24,722 nt of DNA from a virus. Taxonomy: Duplodnaviria; Caudoviricetes. The position numbers and the translations under genes are program-made. The stretch spans positions 1 through 24,722 of the IMG/VR virus record IMGVR_UViG_3300012933_000024, one strand, 5' to 3'. The notes under the pieces are model-generated. The model was given only the letters and a program-made list of their open reading frames with translations, was not told where the DNA came from and searched no databases. Positions 7,393-16,862 of this stretch are shown in pieces; the stretch's first letter is position 1; the number at the start of each line of letters is the position of its first letter.

Positions 7393-7521
7393 GGTCTACA
7401 TATGGTCTACATATGGTCTACATTTGCGACTCCATTTGTAGACCACAAAAAGGTCTACATATGGGGTGTGGGTCTATAAGACACACCCATATGTGGACCA
7501 TGTGGCAACCGAAATGTGGAC
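7393..7521. repeat. Iteron-like 11-bp repeats (GGTCTACATAT) and cruciform; candidate replication origin
   Basis: Three tandem copies 7393-7425, inverted copy 7434-7444, direct copy 7452-7462, inverted 7489-7499, degenerate 7512-7521; directly downstream of the primase-helicase. Confidence 0.8.
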
Positions 7522-7551
7522 TTTCTGTAAGAAAAGTGTAAGGAGAGATTT

Positions 7552-8229
7552 ATGGCAACAAGGAACGTAAAAAAGAAGGTTGAGCAGCCGAGTATTCCAG
7601 CGGACCCGTTTGAGTTGTTTATGCGAAGTAAGTTGATTGAACTTCTTAACGTACAACAAGCGCACGAAAAGAAGTGGGGTATCAGTAGATTGATTGGTTT
7701 GGTGGATGAAGAGTTCCGAACCAAGTTCTGGATGCAGTCGGAAAGAATCTACGCTGCACAGAAGATGAGGGATGAGGTAAGACTGACAAAGGCAGTCGAT
7801 GGGATGAAAAAGGCATATGCTGCATTGGAGCAGTGGGCTGTTACATCTGGCGTGAGACAAGTGCCCGAGGTTAAGCATTGCCAGTATCAGATGCAGGACG
7901 GCTCAATCATGGTTGTGGTTGAGACTTACGAGGATGCGCTGCACTTTGACCAGTTCATGGGTCACGATGAGCGTAGACACATCTGGTGCATGGAGGAGCT
8001 TGAGCTAGTGATGAACGCTGAAGTGGTCAAGGAAACTATGGCTTTGAAGCGCTTACATCCACAAGCTCAGATGGTACGGCTGGACAAGCCAGCCAATAAG
8101 TTTCCAGAGGGTGGAGCTACTGGCTTGGACGATATGCCGTCCGATAATGGTGTTTTGGAGGGTTCTCGTATGGCTAAAGTGTTCGACACGGCTGTGTATG
8201 GCTCTAAAACGAAACAGAAGGCGCTTTAA
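7552..8229 (+). CDS. Phage hypothetical protein (225 aa)
   Basis: AAGGAGAG SD; long ORF between origin candidate and terS. Confidence 0.85.
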   Translation: MATRNVKKKVEQPSIPADPFELFMRSKLIELLNVQQAHEKKWGISRLIGLVDEEFRTKFWMQSERIYAAQKMRDEVRLTKAVDGMKKAYAALEQWAVTSGVRQVPEVKHCQYQMQDGSIMVVVETYEDALHFDQFMGHDERRHIWCMEELELVMNAEVVKETMALKRLHPQAQMVRLDKPANKFPEGGATGLDDMPSDNGVLEGSRMAKVFDTAVYGSKTKQKAL

Positions 8230-8297
8230 ACGAGTTTAAATGGGTTGGACATGGCTAGGTAGCCATGTGTGTTAATAATTGATTCTAGGAGGTTTAA

Positions 8298-8732
8298 ATG
8301 GCTGGTCGTCCAAAACAAAAAGCAGACTTGGCTTTGCTTGACACGGTTCCGAAGGAGCAGATTCAGGCATTGTTCGAGGCTGGTCGTAGCGTTTCTCGCA
8401 TCTGTATGCAGCTTGGCGTGAGTAGGCGAGCGCTTGATGCTTGGCTTGATCTGCCAGCGCAGGAGGGCTTCCTCTCGCGTACACGTGCGAGGGCAGCCGA
8501 TAACCTTGTAACCGAAACGATTGAGATCGCTGACGAAACTGAGATAGAAGAGGTTAATAAAGCCCGTTTGCGCGTCCAAACGCGCCAATGGGTGGCTGAA
8601 CGCTGGAATCCAGCAGCGTATGCGCAGAACAAGATGCCAAGCGTTACGGTCAATCTGGCTAACTTGCGGCTCGATGCGCTGCGACATGGCGAGGTGATCG
8701 AGGCTGAGTTACCCACAGACAAACTGAGCTAA
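8298..8732 (+). CDS. terS: Terminase small subunit
   Basis: AGGAGG SD; MAGRP start, HTH (SVSRICMQLGVSRRALDAW), ARLRVQTRQWVAERWNP..Y motif; upstream of TerL. Confidence 0.82.
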   Translation: MAGRPKQKADLALLDTVPKEQIQALFEAGRSVSRICMQLGVSRRALDAWLDLPAQEGFLSRTRARAADNLVTETIEIADETEIEEVNKARLRVQTRQWVAERWNPAAYAQNKMPSVTVNLANLRLDALRHGEVIEAELPTDKLS

Positions 8733-8806
8733 GTTGTTCAAGTTGTCCACAGTTCATATGCTTTGTTGTAGCGATGCAACGGATTGCGTGTATGAGCTGT
8801 GGATAA
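8709..8806. promoter_or_regulatory. Cluster of DnaA-box-like 9-mers
   Basis: TTACCCACA 8709-8717, TTGTCCACA 8743-8751, and perfect TGTGGATAA (reverse complement TTATCCACA) 8798-8806. Confidence 0.55.
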
Positions 8807-9059
8807 CGCTGAAATAACTTTACATAATGGACATTGTATAAAGTGGCTGAGTGATAAAGTATTCAGTCTGGATTCAGGCAGGAATCGTGCCAGAGCTGCC
8901 GCTCGTAGCCCCCCATGGGTGGCGTGTCGGCGGGGTGGCTGTACATTGGCAACTCCACACACATCCCGAAAAAAAATTATCACTACCCAACACCCCCACC
9001 CCCCTACTCATTAAAGAGTCCGTCCAAAAAATTTAAAAAAAATGCGGCACAATCCGAAC

Positions 9060-10550
9060 ATGACTACAAAATCAACACCCAAGAAACTGCACGTTGATAC
9101 ACAGGAGCTGGTGGACAACGCGGCCAAAAAGCTGGACGAGAAGATTGCCAACAATCCGTTCGTGGCCTTCACAGCCAGATACCGAAACAATCCTGTCCTA
9201 TTCGTCAAGGAGGTCTTGAACACCACCCCTGACACTTGGCAAGAGGTGATGCTTAATCACATCGCAAAAGGCGAACGCCGAATCTCTGTCCGTTCAGGCC
9301 ACGGTGTTGGCAAGTCCACAGGTGCTTCGTGGGCCATTATTTGGTATTTACTTTTACGTTACCCCGTCAAGGTGGTGGTGACAGCCCCCACGTCCAGCCA
9401 GTTGTATGACGCTCTTTTCGCGGAACTGAAGCGGTGGGTGAAAGAGCTGCCACCTACTTTGAGGGATATGCTTGAAGTCAAGCAAGACCGTATTGAGGTG
9501 AAGGAGGCTGCAACCGAAGCCTTCGTGTCAGCGCGTACATCCCGCGCCGAACAGCCTGAAGCCTTGCAAGGCGTTCACTCTGACAACGTGATGCTGATTG
9601 CTGATGAGGCATCGGGTATCCCAGAGCAGGTGTTCGAGGCTGCGGCTGGCTCTATGTCTGGACACAATGCTGTGACCCTGCTTTTGGGTAACCCTGTCCG
9701 ATCATCTGGATTCTTTTACGACACCCATAACCGTCTAGCCAATGATTGGGTGACGATGAAGGTGTCCTGCGTGGACTCTCCACGGGTGAGTGACGCTTAT
9801 GTCGAGGAGATGAAAGCTCGGTATGGCGAGGAATCCAACGCTTATCGGATTCGCGTCCTTGGCGAATTTCCCCGTTCTGATGACGACACGATCATCCCGA
9901 TGGAGCTGCTGGAGCTGGCTAAACACCGAGATGTTGAGACTTCGCAACACGCCAAGCTGATCTGGGGTTTGGACGTTGCTCGTTTTGGTGGTGACCGATC
10001 GGCCTTGTCCAAGCGTCAGGGTAATGCATTGATTGAGCCGACCAAGACTTGGAAAAACTTAGACCTGATGCAGCTTACTGGTGCTGTGGTTGCTGAGTGG
10101 GAGGCGCTGCCGTCTTCTCAGCGCCCCCATGAGATTTTGGTTGACTCGATTGGCTTGGGTGCTGGCGTGGTTGACCGACTGCGTGAATTGGGTTTGCCTG
10201 TTCGCGGCATCAACGTATCAGAGTCACCTGCGATGGGTACGACTTACAAGAATCTGCGAGCCGAACTTTGGTACAAGTGCAAGCAGTGGTTCGAGGCTCG
10301 TGACTGCCGCATCCCATTGGATGAGGAGCTTGTGGCTGAGTTGGCGACTGTGCGTTACTTCTTTACGTCAAACGGCAAGATTCAGATTGAGTCCAAGGAT
10401 GACATCCGCAAGCGCGGATTACGTTCACCTGACAAGGGTGACTCGTTTGTCTTGACGTTTGCCTCAGATGCTGCCATCGGTATGTTCGGTGCAAATACCG
10501 CGCAGCAGTGGTCAAAACCGCTGAAACGAAACGTATCGCGGGTTGCATAA
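9060..10550 (+). CDS. terL: Terminase large subunit
   Basis: Walker A SGHGVGKS, Walker B LIADEA, coupling motif LGNP, nuclease GLDVARFGGD...SPD. Start is 9042 or 9060. Confidence 0.95.
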   Translation: MTTKSTPKKLHVDTQELVDNAAKKLDEKIANNPFVAFTARYRNNPVLFVKEVLNTTPDTWQEVMLNHIAKGERRISVRSGHGVGKSTGASWAIIWYLLLRYPVKVVVTAPTSSQLYDALFAELKRWVKELPPTLRDMLEVKQDRIEVKEAATEAFVSARTSRAEQPEALQGVHSDNVMLIADEASGIPEQVFEAAAGSMSGHNAVTLLLGNPVRSSGFFYDTHNRLANDWVTMKVSCVDSPRVSDAYVEEMKARYGEESNAYRIRVLGEFPRSDDDTIIPMELLELAKHRDVETSQHAKLIWGLDVARFGGDRSALSKRQGNALIEPTKTWKNLDLMQLTGAVVAEWEALPSSQRPHEILVDSIGLGAGVVDRLRELGLPVRGINVSESPAMGTTYKNLRAELWYKCKQWFEARDCRIPLDEELVAELATVRYFFTSNGKIQIESKDDIRKRGLRSPDKGDSFVLTFASDAAIGMFGANTAQQWSKPLKRNVSRVA

Positions 10551-10584
10551 TTAATCTATTCCATTAACTTTGAAGGGGTGAGCT

Positions 10585-10770
10585 ATGAAGATTTCCGAAG
10601 CAGCTAAGAAAATTGGCAAGGTCATGGGCGAATACAAGGACAAGACATTGCACTCAGGCAAGGGCGGCAAGGTTGTTAAGAACCCGAAACAGGCGATTGC
10701 CATTGCAATGTCCGAAGCCAAGATGCCTATGCGCGGTCAGCGTACAGCTAAGAATAAAGCCAAAAAGTGA
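10585..10770 (+). CDS. Small basic protein, DUF6496-like
   Basis: KVMGEYK..TLHSG.GG.VVKNPKQAIAIAMSEA pattern; Lys-rich. Confidence 0.75.
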   Translation: MKISEAAKKIGKVMGEYKDKTLHSGKGGKVVKNPKQAIAIAMSEAKMPMRGQRTAKNKAKK

Positions 10771-11456
10771 TTCCAATCTGTATCTCCACAGTACACGGCA
10801 AGGGTTTGCCTGTACTGCTGGAATCCATTAAGCAATACGCGCCAGAAGCGTTTGTCTATCTTCGCGGCCCTGAGTCCGTAGTCGGTGGTTATGAGAACTG
10901 CCGAATTATGGTTGGCGAGGCGCGTAACTTTGGCGATGACTACAACGAGATCATTGACGATGCCTTGAAGTACCACACGTCTTGCATTGTCTGCAATGAC
11001 GATGTTGTTCTTACCCCCACCAGCTATGCCAAATTACTTGAAGACGTTGAAGTTATCCGTTCTTTGGAGCCTTCGGTTGGGTGGGTTGCTGCTCGTAGCG
11101 ATGCTGTTCGTGCTTGCCAGAACATCAGGCTCAATCCTGAAAACGAACAAATAAACATGATGAAGTACCACTCTGAGAACTTCATCCGTCCTGCGAACGT
11201 AGTCAGTCCAATCTTTGCTTATGTCTCGCGTGATGCTTGGAACCACGGTCGGTTTGGACCGTTGAACTGGTATTCGGATGACGTTTCCTGCTTGGATATG
11301 TCTGCCAAGGGCTACTCACATTACGTTTCAACTGCGTATGTTCACCACGTTGGAAGCCAGACGATTGGCTTAAACGCTCAAAAATTAACCCTTGAGGCTA
11401 TGCCTTGGATACAGGAAAACCGTCCACAGTATGTCGAACAGTTCTTTGGTTCTTAA
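10767..11456 (+). CDS. Glycosyltransferase-like protein (GT-A/GT2-like)
   Basis: N-terminal strand IPICIS, LLESI, NFG..YN, DxD-like CNDDVV, WYSDDVSC and VHHVGSQT. Confidence 0.75.
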   Translation: MIPICISTVHGKGLPVLLESIKQYAPEAFVYLRGPESVVGGYENCRIMVGEARNFGDDYNEIIDDALKYHTSCIVCNDDVVLTPTSYAKLLEDVEVIRSLEPSVGWVAARSDAVRACQNIRLNPENEQINMMKYHSENFIRPANVVSPIFAYVSRDAWNHGRFGPLNWYSDDVSCLDMSAKGYSHYVSTAYVHHVGSQTIGLNAQKLTLEAMPWIQENRPQYVEQFFGS

Positions 11457-11964
11457 TTTAGGTAGTGGCAAGGATTGGCGTGAGGACTGCATCAACGCAG
11501 ACATCCAGCGCCGAATCAAATCTGATTGGTGTCTAGACATTCAGGACGTTCACTGGGGTTCTTTGCTGGTGACCCGTAAAGGCGACTTCCGAGTCAAGCA
11601 TGGGATGTTTGACGTTATCTTGGCGAATGACATCCTTGAACACGTCCCTGATCTGGTCAAGGCGATGACCAATTGCAAGGACTTGCTGAAGGAGGGTGGC
11701 GAGATGCGCATCCATGTTCCGTATGACTTGTCGTATGGCGCTTGGCAGGACCCCACCCACGTCCGAGCCTTCAATGAGAAGTCTTGGTTGTATTACACGG
11801 ATTGGCATTGGTACTTAGGTTGGGAAGATCGTTTCCATGTGACACGTCTGGAGTTCACGCTCTCAAAGGTCGGGGAAAGTCTAAAATTGCCACAAGATGA
11901 GATTTTGAGGACTCCACGGGCGGTGGACTCCATGTACGTCATATTGCAAAAGGGCAAAAAATGA
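11431..11964 (+). CDS. Class I SAM-dependent methyltransferase
   Basis: LNLGSG motif I, INAD, FDVILANDILEHV, LLKEGG, DPTH. No DPPY/NPPY or PC motif of DNA methylases. Confidence 0.85.
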   Translation: MSNSSLVLNLGSGKDWREDCINADIQRRIKSDWCLDIQDVHWGSLLVTRKGDFRVKHGMFDVILANDILEHVPDLVKAMTNCKDLLKEGGEMRIHVPYDLSYGAWQDPTHVRAFNEKSWLYYTDWHWYLGWEDRFHVTRLEFTLSKVGESLKLPQDEILRTPRAVDSMYVILQKGKK

Positions 11965-14240
11965 AAGTTCCATACGAGTTTGAGTCTGAGACAACAAGTG
12001 CTTTGCTCAACAAGGCTAAAGAGCAGATCGAAGACATGATGGAGTCCAAAGACCCTGAAGAGATGAAGGAAGAGGAAGCCGAGCATCAGCCTATGGATGA
12101 CGGTGAACTCTCAGCAATGATCGGTCTTGAGATCAAAGACGCGATTGACTACATTGATTCTGACTTGTCGCCTATTCGTGCGATGGCAACCCGCTACTAC
12201 CGTGGCGACCCTTTTGGTAATGAAGAGGAAGGCCGTTCGCAAGTTGTTGCTATGGAGACCCGTGACACGATCTCTGCAATGATGCCTTCTTTGATGCGTG
12301 TGTTTTTCAGCAGCGAGAACGTGGTCGAGTTTGTACCCCGTGGTCCTGAAGACGTAAAGAACGCACAGCAAGCCACAGACTACGCGAACTATGTGTTCTC
12401 GTCTGACAACAATGGCTTTATGACTGCCTATGCAACCTTCAAGGATGCTTTGGCTCGTAAGTGCGGCATTATGGAAGCCGTCTGGGAAGAGACAGAAGAG
12501 GTGCGCATTGAGCAGTATTCTGGCCTTGATGACCAGACATTGCAGCTTTTAATGCAAGAGGGTGATGCAGAGTTCAAGATCGTTGTGTCTTACCCAGATG
12601 AAGACGCAATGATGTCAATGCCAACGCAGGTTGACCCTGTGTCTGGTCAAGTCATTGAGCCACCAGTTCAGATGCTGCATGACGTTGAGATGCGCCGAAT
12701 CGTCAAAGATGGTCGTATCCGTATCAGCGATGTCGCCCCTGAAGAGTTGATCTTGTCGCGTCAGGCTTTGGACTTTGAGAACGCTCCAATCATTGGTCGC
12801 CGCAAGATGGCAACCGTGGCTGAGTTGATTGCCATTGGCTACGATGAAGACGAGGTGATGGAACACGTTGGCTCATCTGACTTGGCTGACAACGAGGAAG
12901 TCTTGGCCCGTCACGCTTTGAACAACCAGCAGTTCACGGACCAGAGCGCAAACCCAATGCAGCGCACAGTCCTGTATTGCGAGGTTTATGTCCGTGTTGA
13001 CTTTGACGGTGACGGCATCCCTGAGTTGCGCAAGATTTGCACAATGGGTCCAAGCTACGAAGTCAAGCGCAACTTACCGTCTGCTTACATTCCATTTGTG
13101 GCTTTCCCATGCGACCCAGAGCCTCACACTTCCCCATTGGAAGCTGGTTCTATCTTTGACATCACGCACGACATCCAAGAGATCAAGTCTGAGATTTTGC
13201 GTAATACGCTGGATTCGCTGGCTCAGTCTATCCATCCACGCACTGCCATTGTTGAAGGTCAAGTCAATATTGACGATGTGCTGAATAACGAGACAGGCGC
13301 TGTTATCCGTATGCGAGCGCCAAACATGGTGCAGACATTCGCACAGCCGTTTGTTGGACAAGCTGCTTTCCCAATGCTTGACTATGTTGACAGCATCAAG
13401 GAAGACCGTACTGGTATGTCCAAAGCCGCAATGGGCTTGAACGCTGACGCTTTGCAGTCTTCGACTCGTGCTGCTGTCGCTGCCACCATCAGCGCATCGC
13501 AAGGCCGTATTGAGCTGACTTCTCGTTTGCTGGCTGAAGGCGTGAAGACGCTGTTCAAGAAGATTTTGTTTTTGACGGTGACACATCAGGACAAGGCTCG
13601 CATGATTCGTCTGCGCAATGAGTGGGTGCAGATTGACCCACGCGCATGGGATACGTCAATGGACGTGTCTGTGAATATCGGTTTGGGCAATGGCGACACC
13701 AACGAGAAGCTGGCTGCTTTGGCTCAATTCGCGGCAAAACAAGAGTCGATCATCAACCAATACGGCTTGGAAAATCCTGTTGTTTCTCCACAACAGTATG
13801 TCCGTACATTGCGCAAGATGGTTGAATTGTCTGGTTTTAAGGACGCATCCAGCTTTATCAATGACTTGCCAGATGATTGGAAAGCGCCAGCAAAGCCACA
13901 GCCAAAGCCATCGCCAGAAGAGGTCTTGGCTCAAGTTCAGGCTCAGTCCATCCAAGCTGACATTCAAAAGAAAGCAGCGGAACTAGAGCTGAAGCGTCAA
14001 CAAATGGTGATGGATGATGATTTCCGCAGAGATCAAATGAATCAAGATCGACTACTTAAACAATACGAACTTGAGTTAAAGTACAAAACACAGATCAGCA
14101 CTGCCCAAATCGTGGCAGAGCAGAATGTAAACCGACAGATTGTCCAAGAGCAATCGGCAATTGTTCAGAACGCAGTGCAACAAGCACAGCCTCAGATGCA
14201 AGAGCCTATGCAACCCATCAACCCACAAGGAATGGTCTAA
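11961..14240 (+). CDS. Portal protein (podovirus/P22-like, with Gln-rich helical C-terminal barrel)
   Basis: 759 aa; YYRG..GNEEEGRSQVV, DALARKCG, RTG...AAMG; coiled-coil C-terminus; between TerL and scaffold/capsid. Confidence 0.9.
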   Translation: MKVPYEFESETTSALLNKAKEQIEDMMESKDPEEMKEEEAEHQPMDDGELSAMIGLEIKDAIDYIDSDLSPIRAMATRYYRGDPFGNEEEGRSQVVAMETRDTISAMMPSLMRVFFSSENVVEFVPRGPEDVKNAQQATDYANYVFSSDNNGFMTAYATFKDALARKCGIMEAVWEETEEVRIEQYSGLDDQTLQLLMQEGDAEFKIVVSYPDEDAMMSMPTQVDPVSGQVIEPPVQMLHDVEMRRIVKDGRIRISDVAPEELILSRQALDFENAPIIGRRKMATVAELIAIGYDEDEVMEHVGSSDLADNEEVLARHALNNQQFTDQSANPMQRTVLYCEVYVRVDFDGDGIPELRKICTMGPSYEVKRNLPSAYIPFVAFPCDPEPHTSPLEAGSIFDITHDIQEIKSEILRNTLDSLAQSIHPRTAIVEGQVNIDDVLNNETGAVIRMRAPNMVQTFAQPFVGQAAFPMLDYVDSIKEDRTGMSKAAMGLNADALQSSTRAAVAATISASQGRIELTSRLLAEGVKTLFKKILFLTVTHQDKARMIRLRNEWVQIDPRAWDTSMDVSVNIGLGNGDTNEKLAALAQFAAKQESIINQYGLENPVVSPQQYVRTLRKMVELSGFKDASSFINDLPDDWKAPAKPQPKPSPEEVLAQVQAQSIQADIQKKAAELELKRQQMVMDDDFRRDQMNQDRLLKQYELELKYKTQISTAQIVAEQNVNRQIVQEQSAIVQNAVQQAQPQMQEPMQPINPQGMV

Positions 14241-14507
14241 GTGAGCGAAAACCAAGAAACTGTCCGAAAAGGAAAGAAGGCCGAGAGTCTGATTCAAGAC
14301 GAAGCCTTCTCAGCAGCTTTGCTGCAAATGGAGAACGATGCCGTCTGGCTTTGGAAATCTACGAAGCCAGAGGACACCGTGAAAAGAGAGAGCGCGTGGC
14401 ACATGATTCAGGCCGTTGAGCAGTTCCGTAACCAGATCAACAAGATCATGGATAACGGCAAGATTGCACAGCGCCAGATTGAGCGCGTTCAAAAATCATT
14501 GGTATAA
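14241..14507 (+). CDS. Small head-module hypothetical protein (88 aa)
   Basis: GTG immediately after the portal stop; helical; sits in the portal-scaffold slot. Confidence 0.8.
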   Translation: MSENQETVRKGKKAESLIQDEAFSAALLQMENDAVWLWKSTKPEDTVKRESAWHMIQAVEQFRNQINKIMDNGKIAQRQIERVQKSLV

Positions 14508-14519
14508 AGGAATTTGGAA

Positions 14520-15527
14520 ATGTCAGACGGAACCGCCAACCCAACAGGGAGCATCCCCGCAGGTCCAATGTCAGTGGACGAAGCGTCCAATGCACTCGCT
14601 CAATTATTTGGCCCCGAAGAGGGACAAGCCGAAGAAGTAGACGAGGCGCAGTTGTCATCCGATGAGGATGGCGCGGCATCTGTTGATGAAGAGCTAGATA
14701 CGCAAGACGAAGAGTCTAGTGATGAAACGACAGATGAACAGTCGGAAGATTCTGATGAAACCGATGAAGAGGAACAACCACAAGTCTTCACCGTCAAAGT
14801 TGACGGCAAAGAAGTCGAAGTGACGTTGGACGAACTTCAACAAGGTTACAGCAGGACCCAAGACTACACACGAAAGACGCAACAGATCGCTGAAGCCCGT
14901 AAAGCGGTTGAAGCTGAAACTGCTGCTATTCGTGCCGAGCGTGAACAGTACGCTCAGTTATTGGGAGCGTTGCAACAGCAACTTGAGTCGGCTGGTGAGC
15001 AAGCTATTGATTGGGACCGTCTTTACGCAGAAGACCCCATTGAATGGGTACGCCAGCGCGAGTTAGTGCGTGACAAGCAAGAGAAAAAAGCAGCTATTCA
15101 ATCCGAACAGCAGCGACTTTCTCAGCTTACTGCGCAACAACAAGCAGAGGAAATGAAGGCAACACTTGCACAACAGCAAGCTGCACTCATTCAAGCTGTG
15201 CCTGAATGGAAAGACGAGAAAAAAGCAAAGGCTGAAAAGGCTTTGTTAATCGAGTTTGGACAGAAGGTCGGTTACTCTGAAGATGAACTCAAGAATGTTT
15301 TTGACCATAGGGCTGTCGTCACGTTGCGTAAAGCAGCGTTGTATGACCAGATGGTGTCCAAGCGTAAGGACATCAAACCCGTAGTCAACAACGGTCCACG
15401 TCCAGTAAAGCCTAGTGCTGCTGGTCGGGTCTCTCCAACAACTGAAGGTACTCGCGCAAAACAGCGTCTTGCAAAAACTGGTCGTGTCGATGATGCGGCT
15501 AAAGCAATTGAACTTCTTTTGAAATGA
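14520..15527 (+). CDS. Capsid scaffolding protein
   Basis: Acidic disordered N-terminus, VKVDGKEVEVTLDEL..GY....DYTRKTQ motif, long coiled coil; directly upstream of the capsid gene. Confidence 0.88.
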   Translation: MSDGTANPTGSIPAGPMSVDEASNALAQLFGPEEGQAEEVDEAQLSSDEDGAASVDEELDTQDEESSDETTDEQSEDSDETDEEEQPQVFTVKVDGKEVEVTLDELQQGYSRTQDYTRKTQQIAEARKAVEAETAAIRAEREQYAQLLGALQQQLESAGEQAIDWDRLYAEDPIEWVRQRELVRDKQEKKAAIQSEQQRLSQLTAQQQAEEMKATLAQQQAALIQAVPEWKDEKKAKAEKALLIEFGQKVGYSEDELKNVFDHRAVVTLRKAALYDQMVSKRKDIKPVVNNGPRPVKPSAAGRVSPTTEGTRAKQRLAKTGRVDDAAKAIELLLK

Positions 15528-15536
15528 GGCACTTAA

Positions 15537-16499
15537 ATGGCTATCGTAACTAACACCTTTACCACCTTTGATGCCAAAGGCATCCGTGAAGACCTGAGCA
15601 ACGTCATCACCAACATCTCGCCCGAAGAAACTCCTTACATGAGCAACATTGGTCGTGAGTCTGTCAGCAACTCGTTGTACGAGTGGCAGACTGACGCATT
15701 GGCTTCTGCTGCTGCTAACAAGCAGTTGGAAGGCGATGACATCACTTCTTTTGACGCTGTGACAGCAACTGTGCGTATGCAAAACTACGCTCAGATCAGC
15801 CGCAAGACAATCGTGTTGTCTGCTACTGAAGAGACTGTTAACAAAGCTGGTCGTAAGTCTGAATTGGCTTACCAGATCGCCAAGCGCGGTTCTGAGTTGA
15901 AGCGTGACCAAGAATTCACCATGTTGAACGGTGCTATCGCAGCTGCTGGTAACAGCACAACTGCTCGTGGCACTGCTTCTTTGGGTGCTTTCGTGAAGAC
16001 CAACGTGGATATGCAGACCAACGGTGCAAACCCTGACTACACCACTTTGCCTAACAGCGCTCGTACTGATGGCAACGTCCGTACATTCACAGAAACCATC
16101 TTGAAGAACGTCATCCAAAAGGTGTGGTCTGCTGGTGGTACACCAAAGATGTTGATGGTTGGTCCAGTGAACAAGCAGCGCGTGTCTGGCTTCTCTGGTA
16201 TCGCATCAAGCCGTTTCAACATTGACGGTGGCGCAAAGCCAGCGACTTTGGTTGGCGCTGTTGACATCTATGTGTCTGACTTCGGCAACGTGCAAGTTAT
16301 CGCTAACCGCTTCCAGCGCGAGCGTGACGCATGGGTGATTGACCCTGACATGGCTAAGATGACGACTCTGCGTCCTTACCAACAAGTTGAACTCGCCAAG
16401 ACAGGTGACGCTGAGAAGCGTATGCTGATCGTTGAGTGGGGTCACAAAGTGTTGGCTGAGAACGGCATGGGCTTGGCTGCTGACTTGATTACTTCTTAA
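15537..16499 (+). CDS. Major capsid protein (DUF5309/SU10-like family)
   Basis: REDLSNVI.NISPEETP, EWQTD.L, NYAQI..K, ELKRDQE, SDFG, LAKTGD; strong codon bias; downstream terminator. Confidence 0.92.
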   Translation: MAIVTNTFTTFDAKGIREDLSNVITNISPEETPYMSNIGRESVSNSLYEWQTDALASAAANKQLEGDDITSFDAVTATVRMQNYAQISRKTIVLSATEETVNKAGRKSELAYQIAKRGSELKRDQEFTMLNGAIAAAGNSTTARGTASLGAFVKTNVDMQTNGANPDYTTLPNSARTDGNVRTFTETILKNVIQKVWSAGGTPKMLMVGPVNKQRVSGFSGIASSRFNIDGGAKPATLVGAVDIYVSDFGNVQVIANRFQRERDAWVIDPDMAKMTTLRPYQQVELAKTGDAEKRMLIVEWGHKVLAENGMGLAADLITS

Positions 16500-16510
16500 T
16501 CAAACCAAGG

Positions 16511-16540
16511 AAAGGGACGGAGCAATCCGTCCCTTTTTTT
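16511..16540 (+). terminator. Rho-independent terminator
   Basis: AAAGGGACGGA-GCAA-TCCGTCCCTTT plus T run; GNRA loop. Confidence 0.85.
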
Positions 16541-16544
16541 ACAT

Positions 16545-16859
16545 ATGAATGAATCACGACTCTTTGACTACGATGACTACACAGGCATCAAAAAAGTCTG
16601 GCATTACGATGCCGAAAAAGATGAGGCAACGATTGAGACAGTTCAAGACGTAAAGCCCATCATTGAGATGAACAAGATGGATTTAACTCAGTCAGACAAC
16701 AATGGCTGGAAAGGTGAGTTCCATCACGTTGCTCGTATCCCATTGTCTGTTTACTATGAGCTTAAAGCTCAAGGAAAACTAGATGATGATGCGTATATGA
16801 AGCGTTGGCTTAATGACCCAGATAACCGATTCTTTCGCGTGAAAGAAGGACAAGTATAA
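16545..16859 (+). CDS. Hypothetical virion-module protein (104 aa)
   Basis: QDVKPIIE.NK...HVARIP...WLNDPDNRFFR pattern seen after capsid genes of this type. Confidence 0.8.
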   Translation: MNESRLFDYDDYTGIKKVWHYDAEKDEATIETVQDVKPIIEMNKMDLTQSDNNGWKGEFHHVARIPLSVYYELKAQGKLDDDAYMKRWLNDPDNRFFRVKEGQV

Positions 16860-16862
16860 AAA

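Noticed and set aside
7393-7521. Repeats as a mini-CRISPR array
   Set aside because: Units are only 11 bp, abutting or inverted, without regular unique spacers.
11431-11964. DNA methyltransferase / anti-restriction gene
   Set aside because: Lacks DPPY/NPPY or PC catalytic motifs; resembles small-molecule or glycan methyltransferases.
15246-16118. 290-aa antisense ORF, and similar ones at 13074-13586, 6938-7387, 2248-2700 and 509-1096
   Set aside because: Shadow frames of well-supported, codon-biased genes; no recognisable motifs.
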